DNA of 34,933 nt from an uncultured Lachnospiraceae bacterium (GTDB lineage Bacteria; Bacillota; Clostridia; Lachnospirales; Lachnospiraceae). Location: NCBI GenBank assembly GCA_946633495.1, contig CAMPAX010000001.1:1-34933 (forward strand), given 5' to 3'. The position numbers and the translations under genes were made by a program. The notes below the pieces were generated by a model, which saw nothing but the letters and a program-made list of their open reading frames with translations, searched no databases and was not told the origin of the DNA. This document shows, piece after piece, positions 17,016 to 26,693 of the stretch. The number at the start of each line of letters is the position of its first letter. The first letter of the stretch is position 1.

Positions 17016-17186
17016 TACTATATAAAAAGTGCAACACAAGGCATTTTTATACAAACCCTCCAAAATCCTTTACCACTGACGATATTTGGTTTAAGCTTCA
17101 AATTAACCAAAAAAACCACCAAATATCGCAGCGGATAAAAGTAAAAGAGATGCAGTCGGATCGGGAACAGAATACGGGAGAGAGCT

Positions 17187-18389
17187 ATGAAGAAGATCAT
17201 GAGAAAAAGTATTCTTGCGGCTGCATTCCTTTTACTTTTATCTTGCCAGTGGGGATGCGGAAAGTCGGATTCCGGGACAGGAACGGAAGCGGCGAGCGGA
17301 TCGGCGGGCGAGGAAGTGCCGGATCCGGAAGCAGACGGGCCTTACGCAGTGAAGAAGGATCTAAGCGATGCGGAAGCTTCCGGGAATGCAAAAAGACTTT
17401 ACAAATACCTTTCGGATAATTACGGAAAAAATATCATTTCCGGACAGTACTGCGACGGCGGGATCTACGGTCATGAGATGGCTGTGATCTGGAAAGCCAC
17501 CGGGAAGTTTCCTGCCATGGTGGGACTGGATATGATGGATGCCTCCCCCTCCCGTATCGCCTACGGGACACAGTGCAAGACCATCGACCAGGCCATCGAA
17601 GCATGGGACAATAACAGCATCGTTACCATCTGCTGGCATTGGAACGCGCCTACGAAGTATCTGACCGGAACCTGGTACAGCGGATTTTATAAAGAGCATA
17701 CCAACATTGATCTGGATGAGATCATGAGCGGTGAGGATCCCGAGGGCCATGACCTTCTGGTTGCGGACATGGACGCCATCGCAAAGGAACTCACGAAGCT
17801 GAAAGATAAGGACATCCCCGTGTTATGGCGCCCCCTGCATGAGGCCAGCGGCGGATGGTTCTGGTGGGGCAACTGCTCTGCGGAATCTTATATCAAACTG
17901 TATCGTGAAATGTATGAGAAGTTCACGAAGGAATACGGACTCCACAACCTGATCTGGGTATGGAACGGCCAGTCCAAAAGCTGGTATCCCGGAGATGATG
18001 TGGTGGATCTTATGGGAGATGACATCTATCCGGGAAAGCATAAATATTCCTCCCAGAAATCCAAGTTTGACAATCTGAAGAAAACGACGGACACGAAAAT
18101 GATCGTGGCCATGACCGAGAACGGATGCCTCTTCGATCCGGATAAAGCGGTGGAAGATGACGCCATGTGGAGTTATTTCGGAACCTGGGGCGGCGAATTT
18201 GTATCCGATTCCGATACACTGAATGTTTACGCCGAGACCTATACGGAAAAGGATATGCTGGAGAAGGTGTACAACCACGAACGGGTGATCACCCGGGACG
18301 AACTGCCGGATCTTAAAACCTACGGTGATGCGCCGGCGGAAAACAGTACAGAGGCCGGGAGCAATACCGAGGCGGGAAGCGCGCCGTAG
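17187..18389 (+). CDS. GH26 endo-beta-1,4-mannanase, lipoprotein
   Basis: Signal peptide ending QWGC, IISGQ, CWHWNAP, LWRPLHEASGGWFWWG, WYPGDDVVD, MTENG. Confidence 0.93.
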   Translation: MKKIMRKSILAAAFLLLLSCQWGCGKSDSGTGTEAASGSAGEEVPDPEADGPYAVKKDLSDAEASGNAKRLYKYLSDNYGKNIISGQYCDGGIYGHEMAVIWKATGKFPAMVGLDMMDASPSRIAYGTQCKTIDQAIEAWDNNSIVTICWHWNAPTKYLTGTWYSGFYKEHTNIDLDEIMSGEDPEGHDLLVADMDAIAKELTKLKDKDIPVLWRPLHEASGGWFWWGNCSAESYIKLYREMYEKFTKEYGLHNLIWVWNGQSKSWYPGDDVVDLMGDDIYPGKHKYSSQKSKFDNLKKTTDTKMIVAMTENGCLFDPDKAVEDDAMWSYFGTWGGEFVSDSDTLNVYAETYTEKDMLEKVYNHERVITRDELPDLKTYGDAPAENSTEAGSNTEAGSAP

Positions 18390-18412
18390 ATCCCGGCATT
18401 ACAAAAGACAAT

Positions 18413-19165
18413 ATGGGCAAAAAAAATAAACTGACAAAAGAAGAGCAGGAGAAGATCCGTGCGGACCGGCCCCTCGGTGAACCGGATCCGGGGCGGGAAC
18501 GGATGAGCATTCGGAAGATCCTATTCGATGTGGATGGACCGGTGGTAACGTTCCTGACGAAGACGGGGGAGCTTATCCTGCTTGGACTTGTCTACATTCT
18601 CTGCTGTGTTCCGGTGATCACCTTCGGTCCTGCGACCACAGCCCTCTACCATGCGGTGGTAAAAAGCGTACGGCGAGGGAGAGGATACCCCATCAGGGAA
18701 TTCTTTTGGGCTATGCGGACCCATTTTAAAAAGGCAGCCATCGCGGGAACGATCTTTCTTGCGTGGTGTGCAGGACTTTTCTTCCTGAATATGAAGGTGA
18801 TCCATGTGGAACAGTCGCTGCAGCCCTTTCGGGCGAAAGCGTTTGTGATCCTGGTGATCCTGACGACAGCCATAGCGATCTATCTCTTCCCGATCCTTTC
18901 AAGGTTTCGGGTGAGTGTGGGAGGCGCCTACAATATGGCGTTTCTCATCAGCGGACAGCATTTCATCGTGACACTGCTTCATATCGCGGCAGCGGTCGGG
19001 CTGGTATATCTGTACCTCTTCGTACTGCCGCTTCTGACACTTCTGATCCTTCCGGCGTTCTGGGTGTTCCTTTCCAGCCTGCTGATGGAACGGGTGTTAA
19101 AGAGCTATATGCCGGAGCCGAAGGAAGATGAGAAGGACCGCTGGTACTACGAGGGGTGGGAGTAA
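18413..19165 (+). CDS. YesL/DUF624-family membrane protein
   Basis: LCCVPVITFGPATTALY, FFWAMRTHFK, several hydrophobic helices; typical sugar-ABC neighbour. Confidence 0.8.
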   Translation: MGKKNKLTKEEQEKIRADRPLGEPDPGRERMSIRKILFDVDGPVVTFLTKTGELILLGLVYILCCVPVITFGPATTALYHAVVKSVRRGRGYPIREFFWAMRTHFKKAAIAGTIFLAWCAGLFFLNMKVIHVEQSLQPFRAKAFVILVILTTAIAIYLFPILSRFRVSVGGAYNMAFLISGQHFIVTLLHIAAAVGLVYLYLFVLPLLTLLILPAFWVFLSSLLMERVLKSYMPEPKEDEKDRWYYEGWE

Positions 19166-19209
19166 CACGCCACGAAAAGAAACTGAGATTATATTGAGAG
19201 GTTAACACT

Positions 19210-22167
19210 ATGTCGCAGAAGGTGCGAAATCGGATCATATGGTGTGCAGTACTGCTTGCAGTGGTACTGTTCTTCGTGTTACGTGCCGTATTTGCAAAGG
19301 ATACGGTAGTGCCGGGTGACGCAAAGATCGCCTACAGCACGGATTACGGCCGGTATCTGACGGAGGTTCCGGACAAGAACCGCCCGGATGCGGTGATCGA
19401 GATCGCAGCGGATGCATTTACCTCCTACAAAGAGGAAGGGAAGGATGTCGAGCCCGAGATCCGGGAGGATTTCGAAGGCCGCAGCGGAAAGAGCGTACTC
19501 ACCAGTGAGCTGGCAGACGTGACCTACAGCTTTCAGGTAGAGACACCGGGTCTTTACGAATTGTCTCTGGATTACTATCCGGTGGAGGGTAAGAACTCCG
19601 AGATCCAGAGAGCTTTTTATCTGGATGGAGTACAGCCCTATACCGAGCTGAACATCGTTCAGTTCTCCCGCGTCTGGACCACGAATGTGGCAAAGGAAGC
19701 CTTCGACAAGGGCGAGACACATGTTGTCTGGAAAAAGGATAATCAGGGAAATGACATGAAGCCCACCTCCATCGAGATCCCGGAGTGGACGACTTCATAC
19801 CTTTACGATAACAACGGATATATCACAGAGCCCCTCAGCTTTTATCTGACGGCAGGAGAGCATGAGATTCGGGTTCAGTCCAGGCGTGAGCCCATGCTCC
19901 TGGGCGGACTCAGGCTGTCCAACCGGAAGGAGAAGCTTTCCTATGCGGATCAGAAGGCGGCATGGGATAAGGAAGGCGCATCGAATACCAGCGGTGTTAC
20001 GGTGGTAGTCGAGGGCGAGGATGCGGTAAAGACATCTTCCCAGACTCTGTATCCGAAGCAGGATCAGTCCTCCGCGGCAGTCAGCGGCCACAGTGCCCGG
20101 TATCTTCTGAACAACACCATCGGCGGAACCAGCTGGGACAAGGCGGGCCAGTGGATCGAGTGGCAGTTTGAAGTTCCGGAAGACGGATATTACGAGATCG
20201 CGCTTTTTGACAAGCAGAACTTTATGCGGGGCATTTATGTGTCCCGTAAGATCACCATCGACGGCGAGGTTCCCTTCGCGGAGATGGAAAACCATGGTTT
20301 CTATTATGCTTCCGACTGGCATCTGGATCCGATTGCGGATGCAGACGGAAATGCTTACAAATATTACATCACCAGGGGAAAGCACACGCTCCGCATGGAA
20401 GTGGTACTGGGTGATTTCTCCGAAACCATCGCAGAGGTACAGGATTCCGTCAGCAAGCTGAACGAGATCTACCGGAAGGTGATCCGTATCATCGGTGTCT
20501 CTCCGGATACCTATCGTGACTATCAGATCGAGGCAACTCTTCCCAACATCGTGGAAGAGATGACCGAGGTCCGCGATGAGCTGAATGACGCGATCTACTC
20601 CCTTCGCAAGTCCGTGGGGCGTACCTCCGACAAGGAGACGGTGCTCATCACCATGCGCGATCAGCTGGATTATCTGATCGAAGACGTGGAGCATTTCGTC
20701 CGTGTCATCAGTACATACAAAGTAAATGTGCGTGCCTGCGGTACCTGGATCACTCAGGTTATCAGCCAGCCGCTCCAGATCGACCGGATCTTCATCACAT
20801 CGGATGTAAAGAGCCTGAAAGTGTCCGGTGACAATTTCTTCAGCAATGCCGGCAACGAAATGGCGCGTCTCTGGAATTCCTTTGTGATCGATTACAATTC
20901 TCTGGGTTCCACGGGAAATACCGCCAAAGAGAATGAGACCATAACTCTCTGGGTCGGCACCGGCCGTGACCAGGCAAATGTGATCCGTGCGCTGATCGAT
21001 GAGTCCTTCACCAATAGCTACGGTGTGAACGTCAACGTTCAGCTGGTGGATATGAATACGCTGCTTCGTGCAGAGCTGGCAGGCGAAGGCCCGGATGTGG
21101 CGATCCAGGTGGCGAACACGAACGGTATCGCCGGAGCGGTACTGAACACCGGAAATGATACTCCCGTAAACTATGGACTTCGAAATGCCGTACTGGATCT
21201 GAATCAGTTTGATGACGTTGAGGAAGTGAAGAGCCGCTTCTATGACAGCGCGCTTACCGCATTTACCTTTGACAACAAGCTCTATGCGCTTCCCGAGACA
21301 CAGACCTTCCCGGTAATGTTCTACCGGAAGGACATCCTGGAACAGCTGGGACTTGAGATCCCGGAGACCTGGGATGATGTAAAGGTCATCATGACCGTAC
21401 TGGCAAAGAACCAGATGGAGTTCGGTATGCTCCCCAGCGAGCAGATCTACGCGATGCTCCTCTACCAGAACGGCGGAAAATACTACAACGAGGGCGGTAT
21501 CAGCTCGGCACTGGATTCCGACATCGCAGTCAATACCTTCAAGCAGTATTGCGAATTCTACACGGATTACGGTCTGGATAAGACAACTTCCGTGGAGGAA
21601 CGCTTCCGTACCGGTGAGTGTCCGATCATCATCGCGGACTATACGGTTTATAACAACCTGGAGGTATCCGCACCGGATATCGCAGGACTCTGGGACTTCA
21701 CCATGGTTCCGGGAACCCGGAGAGAGGACGGCACCGTGGATCACAGCGTGGGCTGCACAGGCCTGGCATCCATGATCATGTCCGATACAAAGCATCCGGA
21801 GGCATGCTGGAAGTTCCTGAAATGGTGGACCTCCGCAGACGTACAGGCTCTGTATGACCGCGAGATGGAGTCTCTCATGGGCTCCGCAGCCCGTGTCGCA
21901 ACGGCGAATAAGGAGGCCTTTCTGATGCTGCCCTGGCCGGTGGAGACCTATCATAACCTGGCAGAAGCCTTCACCTGGGTGAAGGGTATCCCGCAGGTAC
22001 CGGGCGGTTATTATTCCTGGCGTAATGTGAACAATGCATTCTACACCGTAACCACAGAGACCGATACGGCATCGCCCCGAGAGGAGCTGATGGATAAGGT
22101 CCTCTATATCAACGAAGAGATCCGGTATAAGCGAATCGAGTTCGGATTACCGGTAGAAGACGAATAG
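19210..22167 (+). CDS. Large multidomain extracellular solute-binding protein (N-terminal CBM-like beta-sandwiches, helical region, C-terminal family-1 SBP)
   Basis: N-terminal hydrophobic anchor; YSFQVETPGLYEL and EWQFEVPEDGYYEI jelly-roll motifs; GPDV, YALPETQ, MFYRKDIL, PETWDD, WKFLKWW. Confidence 0.88.
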   Translation: MSQKVRNRIIWCAVLLAVVLFFVLRAVFAKDTVVPGDAKIAYSTDYGRYLTEVPDKNRPDAVIEIAADAFTSYKEEGKDVEPEIREDFEGRSGKSVLTSELADVTYSFQVETPGLYELSLDYYPVEGKNSEIQRAFYLDGVQPYTELNIVQFSRVWTTNVAKEAFDKGETHVVWKKDNQGNDMKPTSIEIPEWTTSYLYDNNGYITEPLSFYLTAGEHEIRVQSRREPMLLGGLRLSNRKEKLSYADQKAAWDKEGASNTSGVTVVVEGEDAVKTSSQTLYPKQDQSSAAVSGHSARYLLNNTIGGTSWDKAGQWIEWQFEVPEDGYYEIALFDKQNFMRGIYVSRKITIDGEVPFAEMENHGFYYASDWHLDPIADADGNAYKYYITRGKHTLRMEVVLGDFSETIAEVQDSVSKLNEIYRKVIRIIGVSPDTYRDYQIEATLPNIVEEMTEVRDELNDAIYSLRKSVGRTSDKETVLITMRDQLDYLIEDVEHFVRVISTYKVNVRACGTWITQVISQPLQIDRIFITSDVKSLKVSGDNFFSNAGNEMARLWNSFVIDYNSLGSTGNTAKENETITLWVGTGRDQANVIRALIDESFTNSYGVNVNVQLVDMNTLLRAELAGEGPDVAIQVANTNGIAGAVLNTGNDTPVNYGLRNAVLDLNQFDDVEEVKSRFYDSALTAFTFDNKLYALPETQTFPVMFYRKDILEQLGLEIPETWDDVKVIMTVLAKNQMEFGMLPSEQIYAMLLYQNGGKYYNEGGISSALDSDIAVNTFKQYCEFYTDYGLDKTTSVEERFRTGECPIIIADYTVYNNLEVSAPDIAGLWDFTMVPGTRREDGTVDHSVGCTGLASMIMSDTKHPEACWKFLKWWTSADVQALYDREMESLMGSAARVATANKEAFLMLPWPVETYHNLAEAFTWVKGIPQVPGGYYSWRNVNNAFYTVTTETDTASPREELMDKVLYINEEIRYKRIEFGLPVEDE

Positions 22168-22200
22168 ATCGAATTCTAAGAAGAAAGGAGGGGAGAGTCA

Positions 22201-23508
22201 GTGGCAGATAAAACGAACAAAGAGTCCGGGAAACTGTCCATGGCTGACCGCCTCGCTGCTGCGAAGAAGGCTCAAGTCGAGGATGCTGTGGAGACAGATG
22301 ACCTGGATGAGTTCGAAGAGGATGTGACGGAAGCAGCAGAAAAAGGCGCGGCATTGGATGCGGCGGCAGAAGCGGAAACGGAAGCGGACGATGCAGCGCT
22401 GGATGCGGCGGCAGAAGCGGAAGAAGGCGCGGCACAGGACATAGAAGCAGAAGCGGATGACGTGGAAGATACGGCGGCTGCGGCGGCAGCCATGGTGGCA
22501 GAACGTCCCGAGGCACCGGAAGTATCGGTTCCGGCATTTACGCCTCCGGATCGTTCACGTACAACCCGCCAGGCGGCCCTGGATGCTGTTGCGAATGACG
22601 AGATCGCCAAGAAGCAGCGGACGCTGAAATACCGGCTGAAGAGGAACAAGGCAAGCTACGTCATGATGGGACCTTATTTCCTGTTGTTTTTCCTCTTTAC
22701 GGTCCTTCCGGTGGTCATGTCCATCATCCTCAGCTTTACTTACTTCAACATGCTGGAGTTCCCGAAGTTTAACGGCTGGGACAACTATATCAAGCTGTTC
22801 CTGAATGATGATATCTTCCTGATCTCCCTGAAGAATACACTGATCTTTGCGGTGGTGACAGGTCCCATCAGTTACCTTCTGTGTCTGCTCTTCGCATGGA
22901 TCATCAATGAGTTCCGACCGAAGGTACGTACCTTCCTGACGCTCATCTTCTACGCGCCCTCCATCTGCGGCAACGCATACATGGTATGGTCGCTGATCCT
23001 TTCCTCGGACCGTTACGGATATCTGAACGGTTTGCTGATGAATTTGGGATTTATCAATGAACAGAAGCTTTGGATGCAGGATGCAAAACTCATCCTCCCC
23101 TGCCTTATCGTGGTACAGCTGTGGCTGTCCCTGGGTACCGGCTTCCTTTCCTTCATCGCAGGTCTGCAGACCGTGGACAAGTCGCTCTACGAAGCTGCGG
23201 CCCTGGACGGAGTCAAGAACCGCTGGCAGGAACTCTGGTATGTGACACTTCCGGCCATGAAGCCGCAGCTGATGTTCGGTGCGGTTATGCAGATCACGCA
23301 GTCCTTTGCGGTGGCGGATATCTCCATCCAGCTGGCAGGTAACCCCTCGGTCAATTACGCCGGCGCTACGGTTGTTACCCACCTTCTGGATTACGGCTCC
23401 ACCCGTTTCGATATGGGTTACGCCTCGGCCATAGCAACGGTTCTGTTCCTTCTGATGGTCGGAACCAACAAGCTGGTTCAGAAGCTTCTTAGAAGGGTAG
23501 GTGAGTGA
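22201..23508 (+). CDS. Carbohydrate ABC permease (MalF-like) with long acidic N-terminal extension
   Basis: EAA loop LYEAAALDG, DMGYASA; GTG start with RBS AAGGAGG. Confidence 0.92.
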   Translation: MADKTNKESGKLSMADRLAAAKKAQVEDAVETDDLDEFEEDVTEAAEKGAALDAAAEAETEADDAALDAAAEAEEGAAQDIEAEADDVEDTAAAAAAMVAERPEAPEVSVPAFTPPDRSRTTRQAALDAVANDEIAKKQRTLKYRLKRNKASYVMMGPYFLLFFLFTVLPVVMSIILSFTYFNMLEFPKFNGWDNYIKLFLNDDIFLISLKNTLIFAVVTGPISYLLCLLFAWIINEFRPKVRTFLTLIFYAPSICGNAYMVWSLILSSDRYGYLNGLLMNLGFINEQKLWMQDAKLILPCLIVVQLWLSLGTGFLSFIAGLQTVDKSLYEAAALDGVKNRWQELWYVTLPAMKPQLMFGAVMQITQSFAVADISIQLAGNPSVNYAGATVVTHLLDYGSTRFDMGYASAIATVLFLLMVGTNKLVQKLLRRVGE

Positions 23509-23509
23509 T

Positions 23510-24478
23510 ATGGCAAGACGCAAAAAAGAACTCGCCGCCCAGCCTCTTTCCCATGGGGCTATCGTGATCCCGCCCCCGGTACCGGATGCTGATCCGGATG
23601 CGGTGGTAAGGGAGCTGATGAAGAAAACCTACAAAGAGAAAAAGCTGAACCGGTCCAAAGCCGGAAACGGCCTCCTCTTCTTCATCATGATCATCTGCGG
23701 AATCTTCATGTCGCTTCCGCTGGTAATGATCGTAAATAACGCACTGAAGCCGCTGGATGAAATCTTCCAGTTCCCTCCGGCGATCTTCGTAAAGAACCCC
23801 ACCCTGGAGAATTTCTCTGACCTGTTCCATGTCATGAGCGATTCCTGGGTACCGTTCTCGAGATACATCCTGAACACCATCATCATCACCGGTCTCGGAA
23901 CCTTCGGCCACGTACTGGTAGCCTCCATGGCAGCCTATCCGCTGGCGAAGCACGAGTTCCCCGGCAAGAAGATCCTGTTCAACATGGTCGTCCTGTCCAT
24001 GATGTTCTCCTGGACCGTAACACAGATTCCCAACTACATGATCATCAGCTGGCTGCATATCAACAATACGTACCTGGCTCTGATCCTGCCTGCATGGCAG
24101 TATGGTATGGGTCTCTATCTGATGAAGCAGTTTATGGAGCAGCTGCCCAGCTCACTGATGGAATCGGCACGGCTGGACGGTGCGTCCGAGTACAAGATCT
24201 TCTGGACCATCGTGATGCCGAATGTAAAACCTGCATGGCTGACTCTGGCCATCTTCCAGTTCCAGCAGATGTGGGGCAACACGGGTTCCATGTTCCTCCG
24301 GGACGAGCAGCTGAAACCGCTGCAGTTTGCGCTGCAGCAGATCGCAGCAGGTGGTACGGCAAGAGCCGGAGCCTCCGCGGCGGTTACATTTATCATAGCG
24401 GCAGTGCCCATCATCTTCTTCCTGGCCTGCCAGAGCAATGTCCTTGAAACCATGACCACCTCCGGTATGAAGGAGTAG
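23510..24478 (+). CDS. Carbohydrate ABC permease (MalG-like)
   Basis: NALKP, AAYPLAKHEFPGK, LMESARLDGA, VMPNVKPA. Confidence 0.92.
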   Translation: MARRKKELAAQPLSHGAIVIPPPVPDADPDAVVRELMKKTYKEKKLNRSKAGNGLLFFIMIICGIFMSLPLVMIVNNALKPLDEIFQFPPAIFVKNPTLENFSDLFHVMSDSWVPFSRYILNTIIITGLGTFGHVLVASMAAYPLAKHEFPGKKILFNMVVLSMMFSWTVTQIPNYMIISWLHINNTYLALILPAWQYGMGLYLMKQFMEQLPSSLMESARLDGASEYKIFWTIVMPNVKPAWLTLAIFQFQQMWGNTGSMFLRDEQLKPLQFALQQIAAGGTARAGASAAVTFIIAAVPIIFFLACQSNVLETMTTSGMKE

Positions 24479-24569
24479 AGTTATGCACCGGTCTTCCCGC
24501 CGGCCGATATGGCGGAACAGGGGGCGCATCCTCCCGGAAACCGGTATGATTCGGAGCAAAAGAACGAAT

Positions 24570-26051
24570 ATGAGAAAATACACAAAAATCAAAAAAATAT
24601 TCGGTGCCATTGCATTGGCGGCGGCTGTTGCTTTTACTCCGCTTATGGCCCGCGCAGAGGACGATGTTCCCTATGACACGTATAATTACAATTACTGGGA
24701 GGACATCGTAAAAACCCCTGCGGCCTATACACCGGACGGAAATGTCTCGGGCCTGGACGTTGGTACCACAAACTTCAGGGAACCGCAGGATATCTGCATC
24801 TCGGATGCCGGTGAGGTCTATGTCGCTGATACGGGAAATAACCGGATCGTTGTTATGGATAATAAGATGACGAAGGTGAACCGGATCATCGACAGCTTTA
24901 CAAGGGACGGTGAAGAAGATCATTTCTCTGCTCCCTACGGTGTCTGTGTATCGGAGAATAATCACCTGTACATCGCAGACTCCAACAACGCGCGGATCGT
25001 GGAACTGACACCGGAGGGCGAGTTCATCAAGATCGTCAACGAGCCGAAGTCGGAGATCCTGGAGGAGAATTTCGTATTTATCCCGCTGAAGGTTACCGTA
25101 GATTATGCAGACCGTATCTATGTCATCAGCAAAGGTGCATTTGAAGGTATTCTGGTCTTCGAATCCGATGGAGTCTTCTCCGGCTATTTTGGAACCATCG
25201 ATGTTAAGATCTCCGTCTGGGAGAAGTTCTGGCGGCGGTTTGCTTCCAAGGAGGAGCGGTCCAACACCCAGCTCTACATTCCTACGGAGTTTACCGGTAT
25301 CGATGTGGACAGCGGCGGGTTCATTTACGCCTCCAACATCGACTCCGACGGTAAACAGGCAGTGCGTCGTCTTAACCCTCAGGGTAAGGATGTGATCCAG
25401 AAGGGCGAGAACGGAAATGTAGGAGGGGACATCCGGATCGCAAAGTACGGTGAGTACAGCGGACCCTCCGAGATCGTGGATGTGGTCTACCGGGGGCAGG
25501 GCAAGTACTCTCTGCTGGACCGGAAACGCGGAAGGATCTTCACTTATGACAAGGAGGGCAACCTCCTGTACATCTTCGGTGGTATCGGACTGCAGAAGGG
25601 AACTTTCCAGACACCGGTGGCTATCGAGGCCATCGAAGACGAGATCCTGGTGCTGGATGCGGGACGCAACAGTATCCTCAAGTTCCGGGAGACCAATTAC
25701 GGTGCTCTGATCAATGATGCCGTGGGACTTCGTTTCGACGGCGATGAAACCCAGGCCATCGACAAATGGCAGAAGGTATTGGAGCTGGATCAGAACAACG
25801 AGCTTGCCAATAACGGTATCGGCAAAGCGTATCTTACCTCCGGCGATAACGAGAAGGCCATGCATTATTTTGAGCTTGGCATGAACAAGAAATATTATTC
25901 CATCGCATTTAAGCGTTACCGGAATCAGATCCTGGCGGACAATCTGGCATGGATCCTGTCCGGACTCATCGTCCTGATCGCAGCCCTTGTGATCTGGACG
26001 AGATGGAGAAACAAGAAGAAGGGTAAGAAGAGAGAGGAGGGATTGCTGTAG
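24570..26051 (+). CDS. Secreted, C-terminally anchored NHL-repeat (beta-propeller) + TPR protein
   Basis: Signal peptide, PQDI...VYVADTGNNRI, PYGV...LYIADSNNARI, TPR-like WQKVLELDQNNELANNGIGKAY, C-terminal TM plus basic tail. Confidence 0.85.
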   Translation: MRKYTKIKKIFGAIALAAAVAFTPLMARAEDDVPYDTYNYNYWEDIVKTPAAYTPDGNVSGLDVGTTNFREPQDICISDAGEVYVADTGNNRIVVMDNKMTKVNRIIDSFTRDGEEDHFSAPYGVCVSENNHLYIADSNNARIVELTPEGEFIKIVNEPKSEILEENFVFIPLKVTVDYADRIYVISKGAFEGILVFESDGVFSGYFGTIDVKISVWEKFWRRFASKEERSNTQLYIPTEFTGIDVDSGGFIYASNIDSDGKQAVRRLNPQGKDVIQKGENGNVGGDIRIAKYGEYSGPSEIVDVVYRGQGKYSLLDRKRGRIFTYDKEGNLLYIFGGIGLQKGTFQTPVAIEAIEDEILVLDAGRNSILKFRETNYGALINDAVGLRFDGDETQAIDKWQKVLELDQNNELANNGIGKAYLTSGDNEKAMHYFELGMNKKYYSIAFKRYRNQILADNLAWILSGLIVLIAALVIWTRWRNKKKGKKREEGLL

Positions 26052-26683
26052 TGGGAAAGCAATTATCGAAAGATAAATGGAAATACCTCTTTTACACCAT
26101 CAGCCATCCCGGCGACGGCTTCTATGAGATCCGGCACAGAGAGCACGGCAGCGTGGTGATCGCGCTGATCATGGTGGTTCTCTTCTCGGTATCCTGGTCC
26201 ATTAACCGGATCGGTGCAGGTTTTGTGGTCAATGATAACGATCCGAGAAGCGTGAATTCCCTTACGGAGCTGATCACGGTCTTCCTGTTCTTCCTGCTGA
26301 TCTGTGTCAGCAACTGGTCCATTACCTGCCTTATGGAGGGCAAGGGACGTCTGAAAGACATTATCGTTGCCGTCGGGTATTCTACCCTTCCGGCGACGGT
26401 CTGCATCCTGATCGGAACGGTCTTCAGCTGGTTTGTATCCAAGGATGAAGCGGCATTTTATGTCATGATCTGCGGTATCGGTATCGCGTATACCCTGTTC
26501 CTGATGTTGGTGGGGATCATGACGGTGCACAGCTTCACTCTGGGAAAGACGCTGATCACACTGCTCCTCACTCTGGTGGCGATGCTGCTGATCATTTTCA
26601 TCCTGCTTCTGCTGGTGGATCTGATAAATCAGGTATACAGCTTCATTCACAGTATCTATCAAGAGTTGATGTTCAGAGCTTAG
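26051..26683 (+). CDS. Yip1-family membrane protein
   Basis: HPGDGFYEI, SNWSITCLMEGKG, YSTLP, about 5 TM helices; 1-nt overlap with upstream stop. Confidence 0.8.
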   Translation: MGKQLSKDKWKYLFYTISHPGDGFYEIRHREHGSVVIALIMVVLFSVSWSINRIGAGFVVNDNDPRSVNSLTELITVFLFFLLICVSNWSITCLMEGKGRLKDIIVAVGYSTLPATVCILIGTVFSWFVSKDEAAFYVMICGIGIAYTLFLMLVGIMTVHSFTLGKTLITLLLTLVAMLLIIFILLLLVDLINQVYSFIHSIYQELMFRA

Positions 26684-26693
26684 GAGGCTTCGC

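Noticed and set aside
17000-17419. 139-aa + strand ORF
   Set aside because: Starts inside the promoter and overlaps GH26 out of frame
19795-21954. 719-aa antisense ORF and many other long antisense ORFs in the locus
   Set aside because: Same shadow effect opposite clearly assigned + strand genes
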